Source: Felis catus (Eukaryota). From it: a stretch of DNA of 64,000 nt. Of the stretch, positions 49,420-60,867 are shown piece by piece (position 1 is the first letter of the stretch; the number at the start of each line of letters is the position of its first letter). Below the pieces are notes generated by a model that saw nothing but the letters and a program-made list of their open reading frames with translations, did no database searches and was not told the DNA's origin. The stretch is from the NCBI RefSeq assembly GCF_018350175.1, contig NC_058368.1:116562001-116626000 (forward strand), in the 5' to 3' direction. The position numbers and the translations under genes were made by a program.

Positions 49420-49730
49420 GTCAATATCATTTAGTCTCATAATTTTAAATGTTGTTTACATGGCAACAATTTTCAAGTTTATAACTCCACTCTACATATT
49501 TCAAAGTACAGACTTCTACATCCAACTATATAGTAAACATTTCCACTGGAAGTGACAGATATACATCTATAACTTCATATATCTTGATTACACAGTTGAT
49601 TTTTCTCTCACAAATCTGCTCTTCTCACAGTCTTCCATATTTGAACTGAACACAACTCTGTTACCTTCGTTGCTGAGGCATAAACTGTTGAGTCATTCCT
49701 GGCAAACTTTCTTTCAAATCTCAGGCCAAA
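49420..49730 (+). mobile_element. L2 fragment
   Basis: acatccaacta..catttccactgga..aaatctgctcttctcacagtcttcc..gagtcattcct. Confidence 0.65.
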
Positions 49731-49772
49731 ACGAATATATACATTTCATGATAATAATACTTTATCTATCTT

Positions 49773-49814
<42 letters not shown>

Positions 49815-49859
49815 CTATATTGAGAGAGAGAGAGAGAACATCTTTTATATGCTAGTCAT

Positions 49860-50650
49860 CTCTCTAGGCAATAGGTATACATCACTGAACAAAACAGACA
49901 AAAAAGCCAAACACTTGAGGGACAAGAAGGAGAGGCAAACAATAAATAAGAAAATGGTGAGTTATGTTTAATAAAGTGATAATAATTTATGTTTTGGCAT
50001 AACAAAGTAGAACAGATTAAGATGATCAAGAATGTGTGGGGTATAGAAGTACATGTCACAATACTAAATAGCTAAATAGGATAAATAATTGCAGATCTTA
50101 TTACAAAGTTAATTTTAAGCAAAAATTTGAAGTAGCTGAAAGAGTTGGCCAAGTGGTTTTTTTTGTTGTTGTTGTTGTTTTTGTTTTTTGTTTTTTTTTT
50201 TTGCGGGGGCGGGGGGGGGTTGGTGGGAAACATTACAGGCAGAGGGGAAAAGGGGGAAATCTAGAGGGAAAGCCATAAGGAAGATATGTTCTTGGTGTGT
50301 TCAAGGAACAGCAAGAAGACTGGTGTCATTAGAGCAGAAAAATAATGGTCATTAGTGCAGTAGTAAATGAGAACAGGATGTTAATGGGAGAACCAGACAA
50401 TTTGAGCTTGGTTATAGTAAGGCTTTGCTTTGTACTCTGAGTGAAATGGGATCTAGGACTTTTCTTTTCAGGACAGGAGTGATATAGCTAATGTCAGTCT
50501 GGCTGCCATGTTAAAAATATAATGCTGAGAAGAAAGAGTAAAAGCAGAAAGATATGATAAGAGACTATATCAGTAATTCCAATGAGAAATTATGATGACT
50601 TTGACCATGTTGGTAGCACTTGGGAAAATAAAATAGTGAGATTCTTAGTA
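49860..50650 (-). mobile_element. L2 fragment
   Basis: gaacaaaacagacaaaaagcc..gtgtgttcaaggaacagcaagaagac..tactctgagtgaaatggga. Confidence 0.7.
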
Positions 50651-50911
50651 TTTTTTTCAAATCTATGGAACTTGCAAGAATCAGACAATGAACATTCATT
50701 TATCCTTCATTTAAGTTTGTTAATTGTTAACACTTGCCACATTCTCTCTCTTGCTTGCTCTCTCTTGATTAAATATATATGTATTTATTATTTAAATATA
50801 TAATAACTAAATATATATTTATTCTTTAATATATTTAATATAAATAATTAAATATATCTTTATTATTTAAATATATAATATTTATAAATATATAAATATA
50901 TGTAAATATAT

Positions 50912-51012
50912 TCAAATGTTAATCTCATTCAGAAACCCCCTCACAGATATACCTAGAATAATGTTTAACCAAATATGTGAGCACTCCATGGCCCAGTCAA
51001 ATTGACACACAA
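50912..51012 (-). mobile_element. MLT2 LTR fragment
   Basis: Reverse complement of the start of the MLT2 at 38668. Confidence 0.8.
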
Positions 51013-51109
51013 TGAGATTGTTAATTTTATAACAGAATTCATAATAGAAACTCTGTATAAGTAATGTCATAAATCTAACCTTTTCAAAATTGAGAAAATT
51101 TTCTCCAAA

Positions 51110-52790
51110 ATGGTATAATCATAAAGAATGTGGAATGACCTTCAGTAATGAATATCAATTTACTCAACATAAGAAAACTCATACTGGTGGAAAATACATT
51201 GAAAGTAAGGAATATGAGAAGATGTTTAAATTTAATTCAGTCCTTACCAATATAGATAATAAAGATAGTAGAAAATTTATAAATGTAAAGAATGTGAGAA
51301 TGTCATTATTTCTTTGGATAATTTAGTCATTACCAGAAAGTTCATACTGGTGAGAAATCCTGTGAGTATAAAGAATGTAGGAAGGTCGTTAGAGCTGAGT
51401 TCTTTTTGCAAACCAGCAAATTCAAACTGCTGATAAGGGTTATGAATAATAGCCATGTGGGAAAGCCTTTACTGTGTGTGGACAAGTTACTTAACATCCA
51501 GAATTTACACTAATGTGAAACCTGATGAATGTAAGATATGTGGAATGATGTTTCTACTTAATTCAGTCCTTACTAAATATTAGAGAATTCATACTGGTGA
51601 GATTTTTTTTTTTTTTATGAATAGGAGAAACAAAATAAAGCTGTCACTGTATATGGACAATTTTTTCAATTAAAGAATTCTTACAGGTGATAAATCATAG
51701 GAATATAAAGAATGTGGGAAGGTCTTTAGGCCTGACTGAGTTCTTTTTTCAATCCAGAGAACTCATACTGGTGATACATTTTATGAATGTAAGGACTGAG
51801 GAAAGACTTTACTGTGTGTGGATAAGTTACTCAACATCAGATAATGTAAACAGATGAGAAATCACAGGAATATGAAGAATGTGGGAAGGTCTTTAGACCT
51901 AATTCAGTTTTTTCTTCCTGTCAGAGAATTCATACTGATTATAATCTTTATGAATGTAAGAAATGTGGGACAGCTTTTATTGTGTATGGGGAAGTTACTC
52001 AATTCAGAGAATTCATACTGGTGAGATAACTGGTTAGTGTAAGAAATGTGGAAAGATATTTAGACCTTATTTACTTTTTATTATAATATAGAGGATTCAT
52101 ACTGCTGAAAACCTTTATGAATGTAAGAAATTTAATAAAGTTTTTACTGTGTAGACAACTAACTCAACATCAGATTATTAATATTGGTGAAAAAAACCAA
52201 CAACCCTATGAATGTAATAAAAGTGGGAAAACCAGGGGCGCCTGGGTGGCTCAGTCGGTTGAGCGTCCGACTTCAGCTCAGGTCACTATCTCGTGGTCCA
52301 TGAGTTCGAGCCCCGCGTCGGGCTCTGGACTGACGGCTCAGAGCCTGGAGTCTGCTTCTGATTCTGTGTTTCCCTCTCTCTCTGCCCCTCCCCCGTTCAT
52401 GCTCTGTCTCTGTCTGTTTCAAAAATAAATAAATGTTAAAAAAAAAAGTGGGAAAACCATTATTATGCAAAAACGGGTTACTTAAGAATAGAGTATTAAT
52501 ATTGGTAAAAGGTTCTTTGAATTAAAGGGATGTGGGAAAGCTTTTAGCTATAATCCAAAACTTAATATGTGTTGGTTAATTTATACTGGGATGAATTATG
52601 AATGTAGGGAATGTAAGAAAGCCTATGGTCAAGGAAGGCACCCTAACCTGCAAAGGAGAATTCATACTGTGAAAACCACATAAATATAAAATATTGTGGA
52701 GAGGCCTTAAGTCATGGCTATAAAATTACTCAACTTCAGAGGATTCATATTAAGAAAATTTCTGAATGCAAGATACGTGATAAGAGCTAT
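51110..52790 (+). pseudogene. decayed C2H2 (Kruppel/KRAB-ZNF type) zinc-finger array, ~17-18 fingers
   Basis: Recurrent ~84-bp units (tatgaatgtaag..tgtgggaa, cagagaattcatactggtga = HTGE linker); peptide KECGMTFSNEYQFTQHKKTHTGGK; many stops and frameshifts, and a SINE insertion. Confidence 0.9.
52235..52443 (+). mobile_element. CanSINE in the ZNF pseudogene
   Basis: TSD aaaagtgggaaaacca at 52219-52234 and 52444-52459. Confidence 0.95.
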
Positions 52791-53015
52791 CCAATGCCAT
52801 GCTTTCTTTAATTGGTATGAGGAGTCTTCCACCTTGAAATTGAACTTTAAAATTGCCTCACTAAATAATTCCTTAGCTAAAACAAATTAAAAGTACGAGA
52901 AACTTAAAACTGCCTCATTTGTAGATCCACAAAAACCTGTTCTACTCCTTTACTGATCTCCTCCTCTTCCCCTACCCCTCTCCACCTCCAGGACCATGTT
53001 TAACTTTCATCGATC

Positions 53016-53069
53016 TTTTTAAATGTTTTTATTTATTTTTGAGAGAGAGAGACAGAGCAAGTGGGGGAG

Positions 53070-53120
<51 letters not shown>

Positions 53121-53258
53121 CAGAGAGAGAGAGAGAGAGAAAAGGAGACACAGAATCCAAAGGAAGCTCCAGGCAAGCAGGGCTTGAACTCTCGAGCTGT
53201 GAGATCATGACCTGAGCAAAAGCTGGACACTTACCTGACTGAGCCACCCAGGTGCCCC
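53016..53258 (-). mobile_element. CanSINE
   Basis: Long (GA)n; taRctttcatYgat duplicated. Confidence 0.9.
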
Positions 53259-53472
53259 TAGCTTTCATTGATTTCTTAAATTTACTCCTCCTCCTCCTTT
53301 TTCTTAACTTCAAAAACCACCTTAATGCATCTTAAATTGATACTTCCTTTTGAGGAATACCTCAGCATATAGTTATGCTTATATCTCTGTGCTATTATTT
53401 GGACCTTCCATATCCCAAAATGAAAAGAGAAAAGTGTCTTTCAAGATGATAATTAAAAAATATATTATAAAG

Positions 53473-53651
53473 TTTTTTTTTTCCCTCTTAAAAGAGAGAG
53501 AGTGAGCATGAGCAGGGGAATGAGGCAGATGGAGAGGGAGAATCCCAAGCAGGTTCCATACTCAGTGTGGAGTCTGAGGTGGGCCTCCATCTCATGACTT
53601 CAGCTGAAATCAAGACTTGGTTGCTCAACTGATTGAGCCACCCAGACATCC
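53473..53651 (-). mobile_element. CanSINE (older)
   Basis: SINE motifs. Confidence 0.85.
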
Positions 53652-53954
53652 AAAGCTTTTGTCTTTTTTTCATGTAGAACGTTACATTAATTGATTTTCA
53701 GATGACAAAACAACTTTGCATTACCAGGGTAAATCACCATTAGTCATGATGCATGATCCTTTTTAAACATTGCTGGATTCACTGTACTAGTATTTTGTTG
53801 AGTATTTTGTTCTGTAGTCATAAGAGACAGTTGTTTGTAGGGCTTTTTCCTCATGGTGTCTTTGTCTTATTTTGGTATCAATGGCTTCATAGAATGAACG
53901 AAGAAGTGTTCCATCCTTTATGTTTTAGACCAGGTTTGTGAATAATTTGTATTC

Positions 53955-53988
<34 letters not shown>

Positions 53989-54313
53989 TTGTTGTTTATT
54001 ATGTACTACATTGAAAGACTGCATAACCTAGAAAGGGTAGATGAGCATAACCACGTTATTTTTCATCAATCAGGAAAAGGCTTCCTTAATTGATACCCTC
54101 CAAACCCTTTGAAAAATGGGCAACCATTTTTTCTTTGCCCCCATTAGTGAACCTGTGGATGTGCACAATGGCTATGTGGGGGATGAGCAAGCACATGGCC
54201 ATGATGCAGATCCTGGGCAGAATCTTGAACCAAATTGCGCCATGGTTTCCAGGGCCAAACACTTCCTTCCTGGACCCCTAAAGGTGACTCAGCCTTGTCC
54301 CCTTCCCTGTAGG
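53955..54313 (-). pseudogene. NDUFA1: processed pseudogene of NDUFA1 (complex I MWFE subunit)
   Basis: 54235-54086(-) translates as (I)[48 protein letters not shown], versus recalled NDUFA1 [32 protein letters not shown]. Intronless; AATAAA at 54000-53995; poly(A) at 53955-53982; start codon reads ATT. Confidence 0.93.
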
Positions 54314-54408
54314 CTTTATTAATTCTTCTTTAGATGACTATCTGGTTCTGGGCTTTTCTTGTGGGTGGTTTTTAAATTATTATTACTAATCTAATATCTT
54401 CATTTAAA

Positions 54409-54611
54409 ATTTTTTAATGTTTATTTTTGAAAGAGAGAGACCATGTGTGAGTGGGGGAGGGGCAGAGAGAGAGGGAGACACTGAATATGCAGCAGGCTCC
54501 AGGCTCTGGCTGTCAGCCCAGAACCTAATGTGGGGCTTGAACTCAAGAACCGCAAGATCATGGTCTGAGCTGAAGTCAGATGCTCAACTGACTGAGCCAT
54601 TCAGGTGCCCC
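54409..54611 (-). mobile_element. CanSINE
   Basis: TSD aatatctWcattt. Confidence 0.9.
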
Positions 54612-57102
54612 AATATCTACATTTGTTGTAAGTTAATTCAGATTTTTATATTTATTCTTGACTTTTGATAGGTTGTGTCTTTCTAGGAATTTTCCCATTT
54701 CATCTCCATTACCTATTTTGTTGGCCTACCATTGTTCATAGTATAACCTATCATTCTTTTTCCTTTTTTTATTTCTACATTTCATTTCTGATTTCAGTAA
54801 TTTGATTAGTCTCTCTTCTTTTTCTTGGTCATTCAAGCTAAAGGTTTGTCAATGTTATTGATCTTTATAAAGAGCTAGCATTTGGTTTCATTGATATTTA
54901 TTATTTTTTTATTCTCTTGTTCAACAATATCTACTCTAATCTTTTATTATTTCTTTCCTTCTGATTGCTTCTGTTTGCTCTTCTTTTTTTCTTTCATTGT
55001 CTTAAGGTGGAATTTTCATTTATTGATTTAAGATCTTGCCTCTTTTTGAGTCAAAGAATTTATGGTTATAATTACCAATAAGTACTTGTCTTCCCTAAGT
55101 TATGGTATATTATGCTATATTTTTATTTACTTCAGACTACTTTCTTATTTTTCTTGAGATTTCTTCTGTTACCCATTGATTATTTAGTAGTGTATTGTTT
55201 ACTTTTTACACATCTTTTGCATTTCCCAAATTTCTTTCTGTTATTAATTTTACATTTCCATGAAAGAGGAACATCCTTTTATGAGTTCATTCCTTTTAAA
55301 TAGATTGAGGCTTAATTTATAGACCAGCATATGGTCTCACCGAGAGAATGTTCTACGTGTACTTGAAAAGAGCTTATTCTGATGTTGTTGGGTGGAGTTG
55401 TTTGTAGAATTCTGTTAGATTTAGTTTGTATAGACTGCTCTTCGAGTCTTCTATTTCCCTGTTGATCTTCTGCGTAGTTGTTTTATACCATATTGATAGT
55501 GGAGTATTGAAGTCTTTGTCCATTGCTGAATTGTTTATTTCTCCCCTCAATTATGTCAGCCTTTGCTTCATATATGCATGGCCTCTGTTGTTAGGTGGAT
55601 ATATGCTTATAATTCATAACATAATTTTTATAATAGAAAACATAATTCTTTAGTTTTAGTAACATTTTTGCTTTAAAGTCTATTTTATCTGATATAAGTA
55701 TAGCCACTATAATTTCTTCTTGGTTACTGTTTGCTTGATTTATCTTTCCCCTACTCTTTCAATCTATTTGTATCTTTGAGTCTAAAGTATATCTCCTGTA
55801 CGCGGCATACGATTTGGATCATGTTTTTAAAAATCAATTCTGCTAATTGCTGAATGGAGAATTTGAATGGAGAATTTAACCCATTTACTTTTAGAATAAT
55901 GGTATGCTGACAAGGAAACATTTATCTCTACCACTTTGCTATTTATTTTGTATATATCATATAGTTTTTTAAATTTTGGTTTCTCATTTACTCCATTACC
56001 ACTTTCGTTTGTGTTTAGTTGACTTTTGTAGTCGTATGTATTAATTGCCTTCTCATTTCCTTTTTTGTTTTTCTATAGGTATTGTCTCTGAGAGTATGAG
56101 ATTATATATAATATTCTGAAGTGGTGACAATCTCGTTTTGATTGATATCAAGTTAACCTCAATTACTTACAAGAGCTCTTCTTCTGTGTGCCTCTATCTC
56201 CCCTGCTTTATATTTTGATATACACATTTCATTTTCATATATTGTGTGCTTAATAAGATATTAAAATTATTTTTATGCATTTGTCTTTTAAATTATGTAG
56301 AAAACAAAAGGTGGACTTACTATCCAAAATAACAATAATATTGACTTTTATATATGGTCATTATTTCCATTAGCTGGATCTTCATTCAAATTCAACGTTT
56401 ACTGCCTACCATCCTTTGATTTCAATCTGAAATACTATATTTGGCATTTCTTGTAGGCCATGTTTAGTGGTAATGAACTCCCCTGGTTTTATCTTCGAAT
56501 GTCTTCCATTCCCCCTCAATTTTGAAGGATAGTTTTGCCGGATAGAGAATTTTGGGAGACAGAGTTTTCTTTCAAAATTGTAAATATATTATCCCACTAT
56601 TTTCTGGTTTCCAGGATTTCTGGTAAGAAGTCAGGTGATAATTTTATTGAGCATCACATGCTGAGTAGCTTCTTTTTGCTCCATTCAAGATTCTTTCTTT
56701 GTCTTTGAACAGTTTGACTATACTGTACCTTAGTGTGTGTTTCTTTTGGTTTCCATTTGGAGTTCGTTGAGTTTCTTGGATTTGTAGATACATGTCTTCC
56801 ATCAAATCTGAGCTACTTTTGCCTATTATTTTTTCTTTTAAAATTTATTTTGAATTTTAATTTCAGTATAGTTAACCTATAGTGTTATATTAATTTCAGG
56901 TGTATAATACATTGATTCAACAATTGGACATATTACTAAGTGCTCATCAGTATAAGTGTACTCTTAATCCCCTTCACCTATTTCACCCATCTCCCCACCC
57001 ACCTCCCCTCTGGTAACCACCTGTTGTTGTCTATAGTCAAGACTCTGTTTTATGGTTTGTCTCTTTTTTTCCCCTTTGTTTCTCTTTTTAAAGTTTATTT
57101 AT

Positions 57103-57859
57103 ATCACCTCACGCCAGTCCGAGTGGCCAAAATGAACAAATCAGGAGACTATAGATACTGGAGAGGATGTGGAGAAACGGGAACCCTCTTGCACTGTTGG
57201 TGGGAATGCAAATTGGTGCAGCTGCTCTGGAAAGCAGTGTGGAGGTTCCTCAGAAAATTAAAAATAGACCTACCCTATGACCCAGCAATAGCACTGCTAG
57301 GAATTTATCCAAGGGATACAGGAGTACAGATGCATAGGGCCACTTGTACCCCAATGTTCATAGCAGCACTCTCAACAATAGCCAAATTATGGAAAGAGCC
57401 TAAATGTCCATCAACTGATGAAAGGATAAAGAAATTGTGGTTTATATACACAATGGAATACTACGTGGCAATGAGAAAAAATGAAATATGGCCTTTTGTA
57501 GCAACGTGGATGGAACTGGAGAGTGTGATGCTAAGTGATATAAGCCATACAGAGAAAGACAGATACCATATGGTTTCACACTTATGTGGATCCTGAGAAA
57601 CTTAACAGGAACCCATGGGGGAGGGGAAGGAAAAAAAAAAGAGGTTAGAGTGGGAGAGAGCCAAAGCATAAGAGACTGTTAAAAACTGAGAACAAACTGA
57701 GGGTTGATGGGGGGTGGGAGGGAGGAGAGGGGGGGTGATGGGTATTGAAGAGGGCACCTTTTGGGATGAGCACTGGGTGTTGTATGGAAACCAATTTGAC
57801 AATAAATTTCATATATAAAATAAAATAAAATAAAATAAAATAAAATAAATAAAAAAAAA
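57103..57859 (+). mobile_element. young 5'-truncated felid L1 inserted in a SINE tail
   Basis: Uninterrupted ORF2 C-terminus ([29 protein letters not shown]), (TAAAA)n tail, TSD taaagtttatttat at 57089-57102 and 57860-57873. Confidence 0.95.
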
Positions 57860-57873
57860 TAAAGTTTATTTAT

Positions 57874-58073
57874 TTATTTTGAGAGAGGCATAGACAGCAT
57901 GAGTAGGGAAAGGGGCAGAAAGAGAAGGAGAGATAGAGAGAACCCCAAGCAGGCTCCACACTGCCATCACAGAGCCCACATGGGGCTTGAACCCATGAAA
58001 CTGTGAGATTATGTATGACCTGAACCTAAACCAAGAGTCAGATGCTTAACTGACCAAACCACCCAGGTGCCCC
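57874..58073 (-). mobile_element. CanSINE
   Basis: SINE body; its tail is split by the young L1. Confidence 0.9.
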
Positions 58074-58211
58074 TGTTTTGTTTCATAAATTCCACATACA
58101 AATGAAATCATATGGTATTTGTCTTTCTCTGACTGACTTATTTCACTTACCATTATACTCTTTAGCTCCATTCATGTTGTTGCAAATGATAAGATTTCCT
58201 TTTTTATGGCT

Positions 58212-58462
58212 AAAAAATATTCCTATATTATAAATATAATATATTATAAATATTCCTATATTATAAATATAATATTCATATATATTATAAATATAATATT
58301 TAAATATATTTGTATATATTCATATATAATATTCATATATGTTCATATAATATTCATATATTCAAATATAATGTTCATATATATTCATAAATATATTCAT
58401 ATAATATTCACATATAAATATACTATTCATATAATATTCATATAATATTCATATAAATATTG
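58212..58462. repeat. AT-rich degenerate tandem repeat (ataatattcat-like units)
   Basis: Directly visible. Confidence 0.85.
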
Positions 58463-59079
58463 AATTCCTTGACTAATTTTTTATAGAAATATTTATTTTT
58501 ACTGCTTTTGTGTTTCCTACCTTTATACTGTCACTTTTGGTCTCTCCATCAGGATGTTTGTTTTCTTCTCCAGATTAGGGAAATTTTCAGCTATTATTTC
58601 TTCAAATAAATTTTTCCCCCCTTCTCTCTCTCTTCTTCTGGTACTCCTATAATGCAAATATTGTTACATTTGATGGAGTCACTGAGTTCCCTAAGTCCAT
58701 TCTCATTTTGCATAATTGTTCTTTCTCTCTTTGTTCAGCTTCATTACTTTGTCTTCTAGATCATTATTTCTTTCCTCTACTTCTTCCATCCTGCTTTTCT
58801 TTGTATCAAGTGTGTTTCTAATCTCATTTATTGTACTCTTCATCTCTGATTCTTTTTTTTTTAACTTTTTAAAAATCTCTGTGGTAATGTTCTCACTAAT
58901 GTCTTCCATTTTTCCTCAAGTCCAGTGAGTATCATTATGATTGTTGCTTTAAATTCTCCATTGGGCATGTTACTTTTATCTTCCTCACTTAGATCTCTGA
59001 GTGTGGCCTTGTCTTGTTCTTTCATTTGGGATAAATCCCTGTCTTCTCATTTCATCTAAGTCTCTGTCTGCTTCTCTGT

Positions 59080-59279
59080 TTAAATGTTTTATTTATTTAT
59101 TTTATGAGACAGAGCATGAGCAGGGAAGAAGCATTGAGAAAGGGGACAGAATCCCAAGCAGGTGCCACACTTCCAGTACAGAGCCTGATGTGGGGCTCAA
59201 ACTCATCAATCGTGAGGCCATGACCTAAACCAAAATCAAGGGTCAGCCAGTTAATCAACTGAGCCACCCAGGGTGCCCC
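59080..59279 (-). mobile_element. CanSINE
   Basis: TSD tgcttctYtgttta. Confidence 0.9.
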
Positions 59280-60451
59280 TGCTTCTTTGTTTAGAAAAGC
59301 CAGTTACATCTCTTCCTGAAAGTAATGGCCGTATGAAGAAATCATGTATTGCCCAGGCCTGATGCTTTAGGGAGTGTCAACACTGTGTGCAGCATGCACT
59401 CTGCTTTTCTGTTCTGGCTGCTCTATCCTTCAGGCCAGTTGTTTGCAGAGCCTCACTTTGCCTGCTGTGGGCAGTGTTTGGTCTCTGTACTAAATGTGGT
59501 GAATTTTAACTAGGTGTGCTCTGGTTTGCTTGTGAATGAGATCTGTCACTACTTCCACCAGAACTGAGGCCCTGAAAAACTCTCTGGTCAGGAGACGTGG
59601 TGTGGGCAGGGGTTTGTGCTAATCTTCGGGAGGAGAGGCCTGCCATGCTCAGACTGAGGTAAGTGTGACTGATAAGGGCAATTCCACCAAAGTACAGGGG
59701 GTACGTCTTAATGTAGGCAAGTCAGGCAGCCAGTTTCTGAACTGTGCTCCTTCCCACAAGTGGCTCTCTGTTTATTCTGAGGGGAAGGGGAGGGAAATGG
59801 CCCCAGCCATCTCCTTTGTTCTCAGAGCCATGTCCCTGTGAATGCTGTCTTTCAGGGATATGCTCCATAAGAGCAAATAATCTGTCCAATGTGTGTCTCA
59901 GGCACTCTTCAGATCACTGTTTTCATGATGTATACTCCCAGGTTGTTTGTCTGCCTTTTCTCCAAGAGGCTCCAGGCTCTGCAGCCAAACCCACTGACCT
60001 TTAAAACACCAGGCTTTAAGCTCCACTAGTTGTAAGAACTCATGAAATTCAGCCCCTCAGATTTTCAAAGCCATTTGCTATGGGGAAACATTCTCTTTTC
60101 TGTGTTCCCCTCTCTCTTACCCTTCTCCACAACCATGGCTCCCTCCCTTCCACAGCAGCCAGAATCTGTATCTCCCTTAAACCATGCCTCCCCATTTCCT
60201 ACTCTCTTCAACATGGCCATTTCTCTCTCTCTCTAGTTGTGGAGTTTGTTCTGTCAGTCTTCATGTCAATTTCTAGGGCATTTAAGATGACTTGATAGTT
60301 ACCTAGTTGTATTCATGGGATGAGGAGAGCCTAGGGTCCTTCTACCCCACCACCATCTTCCTATTAGTCTTTCCCTTTACCTTCAATCTGTATGTGTCTT
60401 TAGATCTGAAACGAGTCCCTGGGAGGCAGCATATAGATGGGTCTTGCTTTC

Positions 60452-60668
60452 TTAAAGTTTATTTATTTATTTTGAGAGAGAGAAAGAAAGAGAGAGAGAA
60501 ATCATGGGGGTGGGGAGCAGAGACAGAGGGGGAGAGGGAGAATTCTAAGCAGGTTCGGCACTGTCAATGCAGAGCCCTACGTGGGGCTGGAACTCATGGA
60601 TGTGAAATCATGACCTAAGCTGAAATCAAGAGTCAGATACTTAAACAACTGAGCTACCCTGGTGTCCC
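60452..60668 (-). mobile_element. CanSINE
   Basis: SINE motifs. Confidence 0.9.
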
Positions 60669-60671
60669 TTG

Positions 60672-60867
60672 TTTTTTTAAAAAATGGTTGTTTATTTTTG
60701 AGAGGGGGGGGAGGGGTCAGAGAGAGAGAGAGAGAGAGAGACAGAAGATCTGAAGCAGGCTCTGTGCTGAGAGCAGAGAGCCCGATACAGGGCTTGAACC
60801 CACAAACCTATGAGATTATGACCTGAGCTGAAGTTGGACTCTTAACTGACTGAACCACCCAGGCACC
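60672..60867 (-). mobile_element. CanSINE
   Basis: SINE motifs; in tandem with the previous SINE. Confidence 0.9.

Larger units (their letters stand above)
53655..56835 (-). mobile_element. old L1M ORF2/ORF1 fossil (resumes at ~62880)
   Basis: Degenerate ORF2, inter-ORF and ORF1 motifs. Confidence 0.75.
56836..60360 (-). mobile_element. carnivore L1 with 3' end (56836-58210) and ORF1/5'UTR (~58460-60360) but most of ORF2 absent
   Basis: 5' end gaagatggtgg at 60360; ORF1 peptide (ORF 58703); near-TSD cctattaNtNtttc at 56822 and 60360. Confidence 0.65.

Noticed and set aside
47053..51110. KRAB exon or promoter for the ZNF array
   Set aside because: No KRAB-A motif or CpG island seen; upstream DNA is mostly MLT, L1, L2 and low-complexity sequence.
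56940..57596. Longest ORF (218 aa) as a gene
   Set aside because: Chance fusion of an antisense L1 3'UTR (GTG start) with the ORF2 tail of a truncated L1.
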